DNA of 46,993 bases, from positions 1-46,993 of the forward strand of contig MCFE01000679.1 in the NCBI GenBank assembly GCA_002104905.1. The letters run 5' to 3'. The notes under the pieces are model-generated. The model was given only the letters and a program-made list of their open reading frames with translations, did no database searches and was not told where the DNA came from. Of the stretch, positions 21,314-33,641 are shown piece after piece. The stretch comes from Basidiobolus meristosporus CBS 931.73 (Eukaryota; Fungi; Basidiobolomycota). Numbering within the stretch: position 1 is the first letter of the stretch; each line of letters opens with the position of its first letter. A program made the translations under genes and the position numbers.

Positions 21314-24300
21314 ATGTCGGACAATCAAGAATGGAAGAATGCCATGCAGCAAATCCTGGCCCAACAGCAACAGCTACTCCAGATCCTCAGCCAACAGCAA
21401 CAAGGAATGACTACCATGGCTCAGAGCCAGCAAAGCCCTATCAAGAGCAACTTTAGTGTGAAGGTCAACCGGTACCATGGCAGAGTCAATGAAAACCTGG
21501 GAACTTGGCTCTTTCAGATTGAAGAAGCTTTTAAAGCTAAAGGAATTGCTCCAGAGAGCAAGTTGCATTATGCAGCTTCTTACCTGGCAGATGCAGCTTT
21601 ACAGTGGTACCACAACAAGATCAGGTCAGCTACTATGATGGGATGCTCTACAATCTCTACCTGGGATGAGTTTGTGTCGGAAATTCAGGATGCTTTTGAA
21701 CCTCCACACCAGCAGACACTACTAAGAAGGAAGTTAAAGACACTCAGACAGAAAGGAATGGTGCAAGAATACATCTATGAGTACAGATGTCTACTTGGAC
21801 AAATTGAAAGAATGGACCCCTTGGATCAAGTTGAATACTTTATTGATGGGTTGAAAGAAAGAACTCGCAAGGAAGTCAATTACCGAAGACCTCAGACTAT
21901 TGAAGAAGCCATCAAGATTGCCATTGACTATGACTCAGCTATGTTTGGAGTTGGGAAGCCTACAGTGACTAGTCAGAAAGGCTATAATCATTATGAAAGA
22001 AGACAATCAGAAGCAGTACCAATGGAAATAGACGCTATGCAGAAGAATCCCTCCTCAGAAGAATGCAAGAAGAGAGGACTTTGCTTTAATTGCCACCAGC
22101 AGGGACATATTGCAAAATACTGCCCTCAGAGAAGAAATGGACACCAGCCAACAAGAACCTTCAACCATATTGAATCCCATGAACACAATAATGAGGAAGA
22201 TGAGCTTGAAGAAGACTCGGAACTCACCTTCCATATGACAGAAGAGTACTTGTCCCAAATGACTTCAAACTCAGGGAAGTTATTGTACCTGAATGGAGCA
22301 ATCAATGGAGTACCTGCCAAGATCATGATTGACTCAGGAGCATCGCATGAGTACATGTCAGAGCAATTTGCTTTGAAAGCTGGAATCAACTCGGAACCTA
22401 CCAAATCAACTTCAGTCTCCACAGCAGATGGGAACTCCCACATAATCAACCGTATTACCCAGCCAGTAAGAATGAAGATCAATGACTATGAAGAAGACCT
22501 ACAGGCTTATATATTTGGGAACTGCAAGTTTGACCTTGTACTTGGGAAAACCTGGCTATTTTGTCGTAATCCATCAATCAACTGGAGAACCCATGCTACT
22601 CAGATCCAAAAAGACAACAAGACCTATGAGCTATTACCTGCCAGGCTGGATTTCAACTTGGTCAATTCCAGTGTGTGTGAGACAAGTGAACTTAGCAAGA
22701 CCCAGTTCTGTAGAGCACTTAGAAAAGGTACCCAGATGTTCCTCATGGCGGTATTACAGGAGGATTCCTCTATCCCAGCACCCCAGCAGGTCCAGACTCT
22801 CTTGAAGAAATATTCAGACGTGTTTCCAGATGAGCTTGTAAGCCTACCACCAGTCAGAGACGTGGATCATGCCATTGACACAGGAGATAGCCCTCCAGTG
22901 AGCAAGACACCTTACAGAATGAGTCCATTGGAATTGGAGGAAATGAAGAAACAAATTGATCAGCTATTGGAGCAAGGATACATCAGGCCCAGCAAGTCAC
23001 CTTGGGGAGCACCAGTGCTTTTTGTGAAAAAGAAGGATGGAACACTTAGGATGTGCATTGACTACAGAGCCCTGAACTCAGTTACCGTCAAGAATAAGTA
23101 CCCCATACCTCGGATTGATGAGCTTTTGGACCAACTTAATGGAGCCACTATTTTCAGCAAGATCGACCTCATGTCAGGATACAACCAGATTAGGGTGAAA
23201 CCAGAAGATATCCCTAAGACAGCATTCAGGACCAGATATGGACATTACGAGTACTTAGTCATGAGTTTTGGCCTCACTAATGCCCCTGCAACATTCATGA
23301 CGCTGATGCAGACTGTCTTTCAGGAGTACTTAGACAAGTTTGTGATAATCTACCTGGATGACATATTGATATACAGCAAGACAGAAAAGGATCACATGGT
23401 GCACATTGAAAAGGTCTTGAAGAAACTAAGAGAGAACAAGCTATACGGCAAGCTAGCCAAGTGTGAATTCTTCAAGGAACACGTAGAATATCTGGGACAC
23501 ATAGTGACTAGCACAGGAGTAACCTTAGACCCCAAGAAGGTGGAAGTAATCAAGAATTTGAAGCAGCCCCATAGCATATCAGAACTCAGATCCTTCCTTG
23601 GAATGGTTTCCTATTATCGGAGATTTGTCAAGTCATTTGCAAGTATTGCAGCCCCTTTAACTGATATCCTCAAGAAAGAGAATACCTACAAGTGGGACAT
23701 AGCTTGTGAGACTGCCTTCCAGACGCTAAAGAATGAACTTGCTAAGTTACCAAGCTTAAGAATACCAGACTTCAGAAAAGAGTTCACTCTATGCACAGAT
23801 GCTTCAGATTATGCAATTGGTGGAGTGCTGAGCCAAGAACACGAGGGAAAGGACTACCCTGTTGCCTTTGAATCCAAGAAACTGAACTCAGCAGAACAAA
23901 ACTATCCAGTCCATGAGAAGGAGATGCTTGCTATAATACACTGTTTGAAGACATGGAGATGCTATATTGAAGGAGTCAAATGCACTGTGAAGACTGATCA
24001 TGCCTCCCTCAAGTATATATTTACTCAGAAGGTACTCTCTAGAAGAATGACAAGATGGAGTGAATACATTCAGCAATTTGACCTGGAGATTGTCTACTGC
24101 CCTGGAAAAAACAACACGGTTGCTGATGCCTTATCAAGATTAGATCAAGTTGCACAACTCAACTTGGTGCATGAATCAGATTGGCCTAGCCTATTACCAA
24201 AGTACTTGGAGGACCAAGCCATTCCTAATGAGGTGGATGAAGATATCAAGAAGATAATCCGGGATGAAGCCAGCAAATTTGTTGTACAGGATGAAACACT

Positions 24301-25447
24301 CTACCGAATTGTTGATGGAAGCCCTATTGCCTATTGTCCTTATGTTGCTCGCCTGGATTTAATACATAAGCTACACAATGGATATGGACATCTTGGGATT
24401 GAAGGAACCTATAGCCTTGTAAAAGCCAGAGCATGGTGGCCCAGAATGAAACAAGACATTGAGAAGCTAGTAAAAACATGCCCAAACTGCCAAATCAATC
24501 AAGGCCAGCCACAAAGAATTGCCGAACTCTTCCCTTTGGAGCCTGTAAGACCATTTGAGAGATGGGGAATTGACTTTATTGGAAGACTGCCAACTACCAG
24601 GAAATGTAACCGTTGGATCCTAGTAGCTATTGACCATGCCACTAAATGGCCAGTTGCTAAAGCCGTACCAATAGCCAGTGAACAAGAAGTTGCAAGTTTC
24701 ATTTACCATGAGATCCTGATGAAGTTTGGATGCCCTGTGGAGATCTTATCCGATAGAGGTGCAAACTTTATGGCAAAGACATTAGAGGCTTACCTGGAAA
24801 TGCAGCAGATCAGACACTTGAAAACCTCGGCATATCACCCCAGAACTAATGGAGTCACTGAGCGGTTTAATGGATTATTTGGAAAAATGCTGACTAAGTA
24901 TGCAAATGGAGTTGTCAGTAGATGGGATGAGTATATAGACCAAGCACTCTTTGCATGCAGAGTCAGAGTACACAACACCACCCAGCAATCACCATTTTAC
25001 TTAGTTTATGGATGTGAACCTAGGATTCCAGGAGATCTCACACAACCCAAGCTTACAGATGCCTTAGAAGATGAACTTAGTCAGCCAAGTAGACACCAGC
25101 AACTGGAACAAAGACGTCAAGAGGCACAGACCAAAGTATCTCAAAGTGCAGAAAAGATGAAGCAGAGATTTGATAAGACTATAGCACCAGAAGCATTGAC
25201 AGTTGGGAACTTTGTATTGCTAAGAAACAACACTCGGAAGAAGTTTGAGCCACAATGGACAGGACCATTCAAGATCATCAGAGAATGTCCATTTGCAACT
25301 TACCAACTGGTGGACAAGCAAGGTAATATCCGGGAAGACTTAGTGCATAGGGACAGACTCAAGCTTGCAAGACTTGCTGATAATACTGAACCATCAAGAT
25401 ATTGGTATCACAAGAAAAGAGATTCAGGAGAACTCTCTCAACTTTAG
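21314..25447 (+). CDS. Gag-Pol polyprotein, 1377 aa (capsid, CCHC knuckle, protease, RT, RNase H, integrase; no chromodomain)
   Basis: [14 protein letters not shown]; IMIDSGA; [28 protein letters not shown]; CTDASD; [23 protein letters not shown]; WTGPF. Order PR-RT-RH-IN. Confidence 0.98.
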   Translation: MSDNQEWKNAMQQILAQQQQLLQILSQQQQGMTTMAQSQQSPIKSNFSVKVNRYHGRVNENLGTWLFQIEEAFKAKGIAPESKLHYAASYLADAALQWYHNKIRSATMMGCSTISTWDEFVSEIQDAFEPPHQQTLLRRKLKTLRQKGMVQEYIYEYRCLLGQIERMDPLDQVEYFIDGLKERTRKEVNYRRPQTIEEAIKIAIDYDSAMFGVGKPTVTSQKGYNHYERRQSEAVPMEIDAMQKNPSSEECKKRGLCFNCHQQGHIAKYCPQRRNGHQPTRTFNHIESHEHNNEEDELEEDSELTFHMTEEYLSQMTSNSGKLLYLNGAINGVPAKIMIDSGASHEYMSEQFALKAGINSEPTKSTSVSTADGNSHIINRITQPVRMKINDYEEDLQAYIFGNCKFDLVLGKTWLFCRNPSINWRTHATQIQKDNKTYELLPARLDFNLVNSSVCETSELSKTQFCRALRKGTQMFLMAVLQEDSSIPAPQQVQTLLKKYSDVFPDELVSLPPVRDVDHAIDTGDSPPVSKTPYRMSPLELEEMKKQIDQLLEQGYIRPSKSPWGAPVLFVKKKDGTLRMCIDYRALNSVTVKNKYPIPRIDELLDQLNGATIFSKIDLMSGYNQIRVKPEDIPKTAFRTRYGHYEYLVMSFGLTNAPATFMTLMQTVFQEYLDKFVIIYLDDILIYSKTEKDHMVHIEKVLKKLRENKLYGKLAKCEFFKEHVEYLGHIVTSTGVTLDPKKVEVIKNLKQPHSISELRSFLGMVSYYRRFVKSFASIAAPLTDILKKENTYKWDIACETAFQTLKNELAKLPSLRIPDFRKEFTLCTDASDYAIGGVLSQEHEGKDYPVAFESKKLNSAEQNYPVHEKEMLAIIHCLKTWRCYIEGVKCTVKTDHASLKYIFTQKVLSRRMTRWSEYIQQFDLEIVYCPGKNNTVADALSRLDQVAQLNLVHESDWPSLLPKYLEDQAIPNEVDEDIKKIIRDEASKFVVQDETLYRIVDGSPIAYCPYVARLDLIHKLHNGYGHLGIEGTYSLVKARAWWPRMKQDIEKLVKTCPNCQINQGQPQRIAELFPLEPVRPFERWGIDFIGRLPTTRKCNRWILVAIDHATKWPVAKAVPIASEQEVASFIYHEILMKFGCPVEILSDRGANFMAKTLEAYLEMQQIRHLKTSAYHPRTNGVTERFNGLFGKMLTKYANGVVSRWDEYIDQALFACRVRVHNTTQQSPFYLVYGCEPRIPGDLTQPKLTDALEDELSQPSRHQQLEQRRQEAQTKVSQSAEKMKQRFDKTIAPEALTVGNFVLLRNNTRKKFEPQWTGPFKIIRECPFATYQLVDKQGNIREDLVHRDRLKLARLADNTEPSRYWYHKKRDSGELSQL

Positions 25448-25448
25448 T

Positions 25449-25457
25449 AGGGGAGAA
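25449..25457 (+). other. Polypurine tract AGGGGAGAA
   Basis: Directly abuts the 3' LTR; same tract at 31617-31625 on the minus strand. Confidence 0.85.
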
Positions 25458-25825
25458 TGTTATGATCTGCCGCTTGAATGTTTAAGTTAGATCAGTTTTT
25501 AGTCAAATCAATTAGTATATGTTTAGGTTATCAGTATATCAGTATTATCTATGAAATCAGTAGCATTAGTCAGCAAATGAATCAGCAGATCCTTATCAGA
25601 CAGAAAAAGATATATTAAGTAGGATCTTATTGGGTGATGATGATGCAATCAAATGAGTCATCAGCCACAACCTACATTAGGAAATACAATTAGTCAGCAA
25701 TTGATCTGGCAAAATGTATATAAGGAGCTGCTGGAACCTCAATAAAAATCAGTTCAAGTTTTAGTGAATACAATACTAGCTAAACTCCCTATTCCTCTAC
25801 AACTCTTATACCAAGACTTGTAACA
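25458..25825 (+). repeat. 3' LTR of intact Gypsy-A
   Basis: Direct repeat of 20888-21255. Confidence 0.97.
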
Positions 25826-28126
25826 GTGGTAAGCTTACAAGTTCATCAGGAGACATGCCCAAATATTCCTTAAATAGTCTGGACCTTTAAGGAAGATGGA
25901 GTAGGGAAATCCTCCTGCATTACTGCCATCAGGTACCACTGAGTACCTTCTCTAAGTGTTCTACAGGACTGTGTTTTGCTAAGCTCACTTGTTACATACA
26001 CACTGGAGTTGACTAAGCTGAAATCCAGTCCAGCAGGTCATAGCTCATAGGTCTTGTTGTCCTACTGGATCTGAGTAGTATAGGTTATCCAGTTGATTGA
26101 TGGATTACAAAAAAATAGCTAGGTTTTCCCAGGTACAAGGTCAAGTTTGCAGTTCCCAAATATATAAGCCTGTAGGTCTTCTTCACAGTCATTGATCTTC
26201 ACCCTCACTTGCTGAGTAATACAGCTGATTTTGTGAGAGTTCCCATCTGCTATTGAGACTGAAGTTGATTTGGTGGGTTCCAAGTTGATTCCAACCATCA
26301 ATGCATATTGCTCTGACATGTACCTGTGTGATTCTCCTGAGTCAATCATGATATTGGCAGGTACTCCATTGATTGCTCCATTTAAGTATAGTAACTTTCC
26401 TAGGTTTAAGGTCACTTGGGATTGGTATTCTGCTGTCATATGGAAGGTGAGTTCTGAGACTTCTTCAAGTTCATCCTCCATGTTACTACACTCAATGGCT
26501 TCAATATGGCTTCAGGTTCTTGTTGTCTGGTGTCCATTTCTTCTATGAGGGCAGTACTTGCAAAATGTCCCTGCTGGTGGCAATTAAACAAAGTCCTTTT
26601 CTCTTGCCATCTTATGTGGTAGGATTCTTCTACATAGCATCTAGTTTCATTGGCAATGCTTCTGATTCTCTCCACTCATAGTGATTATAGCTTCTCTGAT
26701 TAGTTGCTTTAGGCTTCTTAACTCCAAATATATCTGAGTCACAATCAATGGCAATTGTGAAGGCTTCTTTGATAGTCTGAGGTCTTTGAAAATTCACTTC
26801 CTTGCAAGTTCTTTCTTTGTACCCATTTATATAGTATTCAGCTTGATCCAGGGGGTTTATTCTTTCATTGGTCAGAGTAGACATTCATATTCATAGATGT
26901 ACTCTTGAATCATTCCTTTCTGCCTGAGTGTCTTCAACTTCCTTCTTAGTAGTGTTTGCTGGTGCAAAGGTCTAAAGGCTCCTGAATTTCCACACAAACT
27001 TACCCCTGGTAGAGATTGTAGAGCATCCCATCATGGTGGCAAACCTGATACAGTTGTGGTACCACTGTAAGGCTGCAAATGCTAAGTAAGAAGCTACAAA
27101 ATGGAACTTGCTCTCTGGAGCAATTCACTTAGCCTTGAAAACTGCTACAATCTGGAGTGCCAAGTTGTCAGGTTTCATTGACTCTACCATGATATTGGTT
27201 GACCTCACCACTAAAGTTGCTCTTGACAGGGTTTTGCTGGTTCTGGGCTATGGTAGTCATTACTTGTTGCTGCTGGCCAAGGATCTAGAGCAGCAGTTGC
27301 TGTTAGGCCAAGATTTGCTGCATAGCATCCTTCCATTGTTGATTTTCTGACATCTTGAGAGAGGATTCTTCTTTCTTCAGGAGGGATGTTACTGGTTCTT
27401 GCTGCTACCAATGTTACAAGTCTTGGTATAAGTGTTGCAGAGGAATAGGGATTTTAGCTAGTATTGTATTCACTAAAGCTTGAACTGAATTTTATTGAGG
27501 TACCAGCAGCACCTTGTATATATTTTACCAGATCAATTGCTGACTATTGGTATTTCCTGATGTAGGTTGTGGCTGATGACTCATTTGATTGCATCATCAT
27601 CACCCAAAAAGAGCCTACTTAATATATATATTTCTGCCTGATAAGGATCTGCTATTTCATCTGCTGACTAATACCACTGATTTGATAGACAACACAGATA
27701 TACTGATAGGATAAATATATAACTTGTTGATTTGACTAGAAACTGATCTAACTTAAACATTCAAGTGGTAGATGTTAACAGTTGGCTCTCTCACTTGGAA
27801 CTTGTAATACCTTTGAGAAATGCGGATTGACTTTAGTGGAAGACTTCCCTCCACTAGGAAATGCAATTGATGGATCCTGGTTGCAATTGGCCATGCCACC
27901 ATATAGCCAGTGGCCAGAGCCATATCAGTTGCCAGTGAACAAGAAGTTGCAAGTTTCATCCACCATGGGATCTTTATGAGGCTTGGTTGCCCTGTAGAAC
28001 ATCAATCTGATAGAAGAGCAAACTTTATGTCAAAAGCATAGGAAGCCTACCTTGGTATGCTGCAGATTAAACATTTTCAAACAATGGCATATAACCCTAA
28101 AACTAATGGAGTTGCACAGCAGTTTA

Positions 28127-28473
28127 TGTTGCAAGAACTTGTAAGTCTACCTAGATATTTACCTAACTTAGTCACCAAGATCATTACTTTTGAGTCCTAG
28201 GGAATACCAAACAAATTCCTTGTTGTGACTCCCTTGAAATATTTTGCCTAAAGTACCAGGTACTCAGAACATCAAATTCTCAAAGTTTTCCAACAGCCCC
28301 AAACTTTGCACACATGCTCTTAAGACCTAACTTGACCTATACTATGGGTTTGCAATGCTAAGACCTTGCAAAGTAGAAATACTACTATTATATTCAATAA
28401 ATCATAAAGTGAAAGCCACATAATCTACTTGTTATCCCAAATCACTTCCAATATCTCCAAGACTCTTACAACA
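28127..28473 (+). repeat. Solo LTR, Copia family D (347 bp)
   Basis: TGTTG...CAACA ends; perfect 5-bp TSD GTTTA; related to 15881-16226 and 30801-31100; sits in a Gypsy-A integrase remnant. Confidence 0.88.
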
Positions 28474-28683
28474 GTTTAAGGTTTAGTTGGAACATTGCTG
28501 ACCAGGTATGCAAATGGAGCTGTAAGTACAAGGGACAAGAATATTGTCTAAGCACTATTTGCTTGCAGAGCAAGGGTGCATAATAATAACAAACAATTGC
28601 CATTTTGGTAAGTGCAACAATGCTCAGCATGTATTCTATGAGATCTCACACAACTAGAACTCACCATCCACTTGAAGGATGAA

Positions 28684-29064
28684 TGTTAAAAGTCTTGGTA
28701 TAAGAGTTGTAGTGGAATAGGGAGTTTAGCTAGTATTGTACTCACTAAAATTGAACTGATTTTTATTGAGGTGCCAGCAGCTCCTTTTGTGCATTTTACC
28801 AGATCAATTGCTAACTAATTGTATTTCTTAATGTAGGCTGTAGCTGATGACTCATTTGATTGCATCATCATCACCCAATAAGTTCCTACCTAGTATATCT
28901 ATAAAATATATCTATTTTTGTCTGATGAGGATCTGCTGATTCATTGGCTAACTAATGCTACTGATTTGATAGATAATATAGATACACTGATAAGCTAAAC
29001 ATATAACTAACTGATTTGACTAACAACTGATCTAACTTAAATATTCAAATAGTTCATCATAACA
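28684..29064 (-). repeat. Solo LTR, Gypsy-A
   Basis: Full-length reverse-complement LTR; the host integrase frame resumes on both sides; TSD is degenerate. Confidence 0.85.
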
Positions 29065-29819
29065 GAGTTTAGTCTGCCTAATAGATATTGATAATTGGAA
29101 CAAAAATATCAGGGAGCACAAGCCAAAATCTCAAAAGGGGCAGAAAAATGAAGCAGACATTTGATAAGACTAAATCACCAGAGTATCAAACAGTTGGGAA
29201 CATTGTACTGCTAAGAAACAGCAGTCAGAGGATCTTTGTAGCACAATGGACAGGACCATTCAATGTCATCAGCAAATATCCATTTGCAACTTACCAGCCA
29301 GTAGACAAACATGGGTATGCTCAAGAATATTTTGTTTCTAGAGACAGACTCAAGCTTTTCAGACTTACTGACAATACTGAACAACGAAGAAGCTGGTATA
29401 CAAGAAAAGTGGTTTGGGAGAACCCTCTCAGCTTTAGTACGGTAGAATGTTGTGAAATACTGCATAAATACTTAAGTTAAATCAGTTTTAGTCAAATCAG
29501 TAAGTTTTATGCTTAGCCTATCAGTATATTATTATTGTCTATCAAATCAGTAATAGTAGTCAGCAGTTGATTTAGCTGGTTCTTACTCAACAGAAATATA
29601 TATATCAAGTGCAATGTAGGTGAGTGATGATTATGCAATTATATGAGTAATCAGTTACATCCTTTACTAGGAAATGCAATCAGTCAGCAATTGAGACAGT
29701 AAATTGTATATCAGGAGTGGCTGGAACCTCAGTAAGGATCACTTCAAGTTGTGATGATTACAATGATAGTTAAATTCCCTTTTCCTCTACAACTCTTTGA
29801 TCAAGACTTGTAGCCCCCA

Positions 29820-30420
29820 TGTATTTGTATCAGTTGCTTAAAGCAGAGTTGGGTTGGAAGCAAAAAGCAACTGATTCTAAGTAGGACAACTTTACCAAAG
29901 AATGCCAGACTTCTCCTGAGTACAAGCAGATTTATTCACTATTTAATAGGCAATTCATATAAACTAAAATCAGAGCATATATGTAAGCGCACTGGAGTCA
30001 GGCAGGCAGAGGGAATATATTGCTCCAGTATCAAAAGTATTTGCAAATATCCGAGAAGTATTTACTTATTAATGACAAGACTGGCAGCAACTAAGCATAT
30101 GTTTGCAAGCTGCATATGTTACCAGCAATGCAAGGTAGATGGTCACTTTGCAAGTATTATGCAGGAAAGCTGTATAGATGAGGTGATGGAAGTGTGTCAA
30201 TTACATCAGGTGTGCATGTGAATAGAGATTAGTAAGCAGGAGGCCATATTTTGCTTTAAGTTGATCAATACATGGAATACCCACTTTACTAATGGGTCAG
30301 CCAAAAATTGAGGTAATTCTGTTACAAAATATATGAATAGAACAATAGGAGGTAGCAAAAGTCAATACCTTGTGGTTAAATGATACAGTAGCACTACATA
30401 GTATCAGCTGTGGGCTGCTG
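29820..30420 (+). pseudogene. Fragment of CMC transposase C-terminus
   Basis: Homologous to the reverse complement of ~7560-8150 (gcaactaagcatatgtttgcaag shared). Confidence 0.7.
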
Positions 30421-30429
30421 TTCTGATGT

Positions 30430-31100
30430 TATATTTATTGTAAATACTTGCAATCCCACCTGCATATTGACATAACATAGTTGCTTTACATATTATTTGT
30501 GGATCTTAGAAACAGTGACCAAATCTTCATTAAATTGCTCTAATTCATTCCTGATTATTGATGGACTGGAGATCAGGTTTTCTGTTGTAAAAACTTCTGA
30601 TACAACCTAAATACTCACCCAACATAGTAACTTAGATCATCACCCACAAGTCAATATACAGAATAAATGTAGTTAACTTAGTCTACTGTCCAACATATGA
30701 AATGATTGCAAACAGACATATTAAGCTATCTGCTAGAGACAGATTAATATCTTATGTGAAAATTAGGACTATTCAGTGTGCATATTTAGTTGAATAGGAT
30801 TGTAGTCAAAGTTTATAGCTCTACTAGGATATTCACCTTACTTAGCTACCTCTATTATCACCTACAAATCTCTAACAATACTGTTCAAATTCCTTGTTGG
30901 GATTTTCATAGAATATTTCCATCAATATATTAGGTATCCATAACTTGAGAATTATCAAAGTTGTCCTTGCAGCCAAAACTTTGGAAACATTGCCTTGGGA
31001 TCTATCTAAGCATATTTGAATTTGATAATTCATTCAGTAAAAGCCATATAATCTTGTTACTCTCCAATACACTTCTATTTTCCCCATAACTCTTACAACA
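30430..31100 (+). mobile_element. Copia family D 3' remnant (RNase H end, LTR 30801-31100)
   Basis: VNLVYCPTYEMIAN motif; TTGAATAGGA tract as before 15881; LTR ends ACTCTTACAACA. Confidence 0.7.
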
Positions 31101-33641
31101 TGCTATGAGCTCCAAGCTATATCCTCTCATGACTTATTGCCTAGATGAAGGTGGTAGAGCAAAGCAAGGCAACCCTTCCTATAGCCTGCTTACTGTGACT
31201 TGTACTGGCACTAGTCAAGGAGCTGTTAAGGATTTGAAAGAGATAATGTTGCAAGTCTTGGTATAAGAGTTGTAGTGGAATAGGGAGTCTAGCTAGTATT
31301 GTATTCACTAAAACTTGAACTGATTTTTATTAAGGTTCTAGCAGCTCCTTATACACATTTTGCCAGATCAATTGCTGACTAATTGTATTTCCTAATATAG
31401 GTTGCGGCTGATGACTCATTTGATTGCATCATCATCACCCAAAAAGAGCCTACATACTATATCTATTTCTGTCTGATAAGGATCTGCTGATTCATTTGCT
31501 GACTAATACTACTGATTTCATAGATAATACTGATATACTGATAATCTAAATATATACTAATTGATTTGACTAAAAAAACTGATCTAACTTAAACATTCAA
31601 GCGGCAGATCATAACATTCTCCCCTACTAAGGTTAAGAGGGTTCTCCTGAATCTCTTTTCTTGTGATACCAATATCTTGATGGTTCAGTATTATCAGCAA
31701 GTCTTGTAAGCTTGAGTCTGTCCCTATGCTCTAAGTCTTCCTGGATATTACCTTGTTTGTCCACCAGTTGGTAAGTAGCAAATGGACATTCTCTGATAAT
31801 CTTGAGTGGTCCTGTCCATTGTGGCTCAAACTTCTTCCAAGTGTTGTTTCTTAGCAATACAAAGTTCCCAACTGTCAATGCTTCTGGTGCTATAGTCTTA
31901 TCATATCTCTGCTTCATCTTTTCTGCACTTTGAGATACTTTGGTCTGTGCCTCTTGACGTCTTTATTCCAGTTGCCGGTGTCTACCTGGCTGACTGAGTT
32001 CATCTTCTAAGGCGTCTGTAAGCTTTGTTTGGGTAAGATCTCCTGGAATCCTTGGTTCACATCCATACACTAAGTAAAATGGTGATTGCTGGGTGGTGTT
32101 GTGTACTTTGACTCTGCATGCAAAGATTGCTTGGTCTATATACTCATCCTATCTACTGACAACTCCATTTGCATACTTGGTCAGCATTTTTCCAAATAAT
32201 GCATTAAACCACTCAGTGACTCCATTAGTTCTGGGGTGATATGCCAAGGTTTTCAGGTGTCTGATCTGCTGCATTTCCAGGTAAGCCTCTAATGGCTTTG
32301 CCATAAAGTTTGCACCTCTATCAGATAAGATCTCCACAGCGCATTCAAACTTCATCAGGATCTCATGGTAAATGAAACTTGCAACTTCTTGTTCACTGGC
32401 TATTGGTACAGCTTTAGCAACTGGCCATTTAGTGGCATGGTCAATTGCTACTAGGATTCAATGGTTGCATTTCCTGGTGGTTGGCAGTCTTCCAATAAAG
32501 TCAATTCCCCATCTCTCAAATGGTCTTACAGGCTCCAAAGGGAAGAGTTTGGCAATTCTTTGTGGCTGGCCTTGATTGATTTGGCAGTTTGGGCATGTTT
32601 TTACTAGCTTCTCAATGTCTTGTTTCATTCTGGGCCACCATGCTCTGGCTTTCACAAGACTATAGGTTCCTTCAATTCCAAGATGTGCATATCCATTGTG
32701 TAGCTTATGTATTAAATCCAGGTGAGAAATATAAGGGCAATAGGCAATAGGGCTTCCATCAACAATTCGGTAGAGTGTTTCATCCTGTACTACAAATTTG
32801 CTGGCTTCTTCATGGATTATCTTCTTGATATCTTCATCCACCTCATTAGGAATGGCTTGGTCCTCCAAGTACTTTGGTAATAGGCTAGGCCAATGTGATT
32901 CATGCACCAAGTTGAGTTGTGCAACTTGATCTAATCTTGATAAGGCATCAGCAACCGTGTTGGTTTTTCCAGGGCAGTAGACAATCTCCAGGTCAAATTG
33001 CTGAATGTATTCACTCCATCTTGTCATTCTTCTAGAGAGTACCTCTGAGTAAATATATATTTGAGAGAGGCATGATCAGTCTTCACAGTGCAATTGACTC
33101 CTTCAATATAGCATCTCCATGTCTTCAAACAGTGTATTATAGCAAGCATTTCCTTCTCATGGACTGGATAGTTTTGTTCTGCTGAGTTCAGTTTCTTGGA
33201 TTCAAAGGCAAACAGGGTAGTCCTTTCCCTCGTGTTCTTGGCTCAGCACTCCACCAATTACATAATCTGAAGCATATGTGCACAAAGTGAACACTTTTCT
33301 GAAGTCTGGTATTCTTAAGCTTGGCAGCTTAGCAAGTTCATTCTTGAGCGTCTGGAAGGCAGTCTCACAAGCTATGTCCCACTTGTAGGTATTGTCTTTC
33401 TTGAGGATATCAGTTAAAGGGGTTGCAATACTTGCAAACGACTTGACAAATCTCCAATAATAGGAAGCCATTCCAAGGAATGATCTGAGCTTTGATATAG
33501 TATGGGGCTGTTTCAGATTCTTGATTACTTCCACCTTCTTTGGGTCTAAGGTTACTCCTGTGCTAGTCACTATGTGTCTCAGGTATTCAACGTGCTCCTT
33601 GAAGAATTCACACTTGGCTAGCTTGCCATATAGCTTGTTCT

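Larger units (their letters stand above)
20888..25825 (+). mobile_element. Intact Ty3/Gypsy LTR retrotransposon (Gypsy-A), 4938 bp
   Basis: Two 368-bp LTRs (TGTTA...TAACA) with no difference found by eye, 4-bp TSD GTGG, PBS, PPT and an uninterrupted ORF. Confidence 0.98.
19961..27780 (-). mobile_element. Old Gypsy-A copy, 3' truncated, split by the intact copy; 5' LTR 27412-27780
   Basis: Decayed gag-PR (25826-27360) and RT (19961-20887) rejoin at GTGG. PBS GCTGCTACCA at 27401-27410. Confidence 0.85.
16227..29815 (+). mobile_element. Old Gypsy-A copy acting as host for several nested insertions; 3' LTR 29448-~29815
   Basis: Colinear decayed pol segments at 16227-17296, 19776-19960, 27781-28126, 28479-28683 and 29065-29447 follow the order of the intact copy. 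Confidence 0.75.

Noticed and set aside
21256-21456. 66-aa ORF overlapping PBS and gag start, repeated at 2454, 27211 and 44222
   Set aside because: It starts at TTG in the PBS, and its recurrence follows from copy identity. No independent evidence of coding.
22482-22805. 107-aa alternative-frame ORF (MTMKKTY...) and antisense ORFs such as 22126-22482 and 24499-24702, seen in several copies
   Set aside because: Shadow frames of gag-pol, repeated because the element is repeated.
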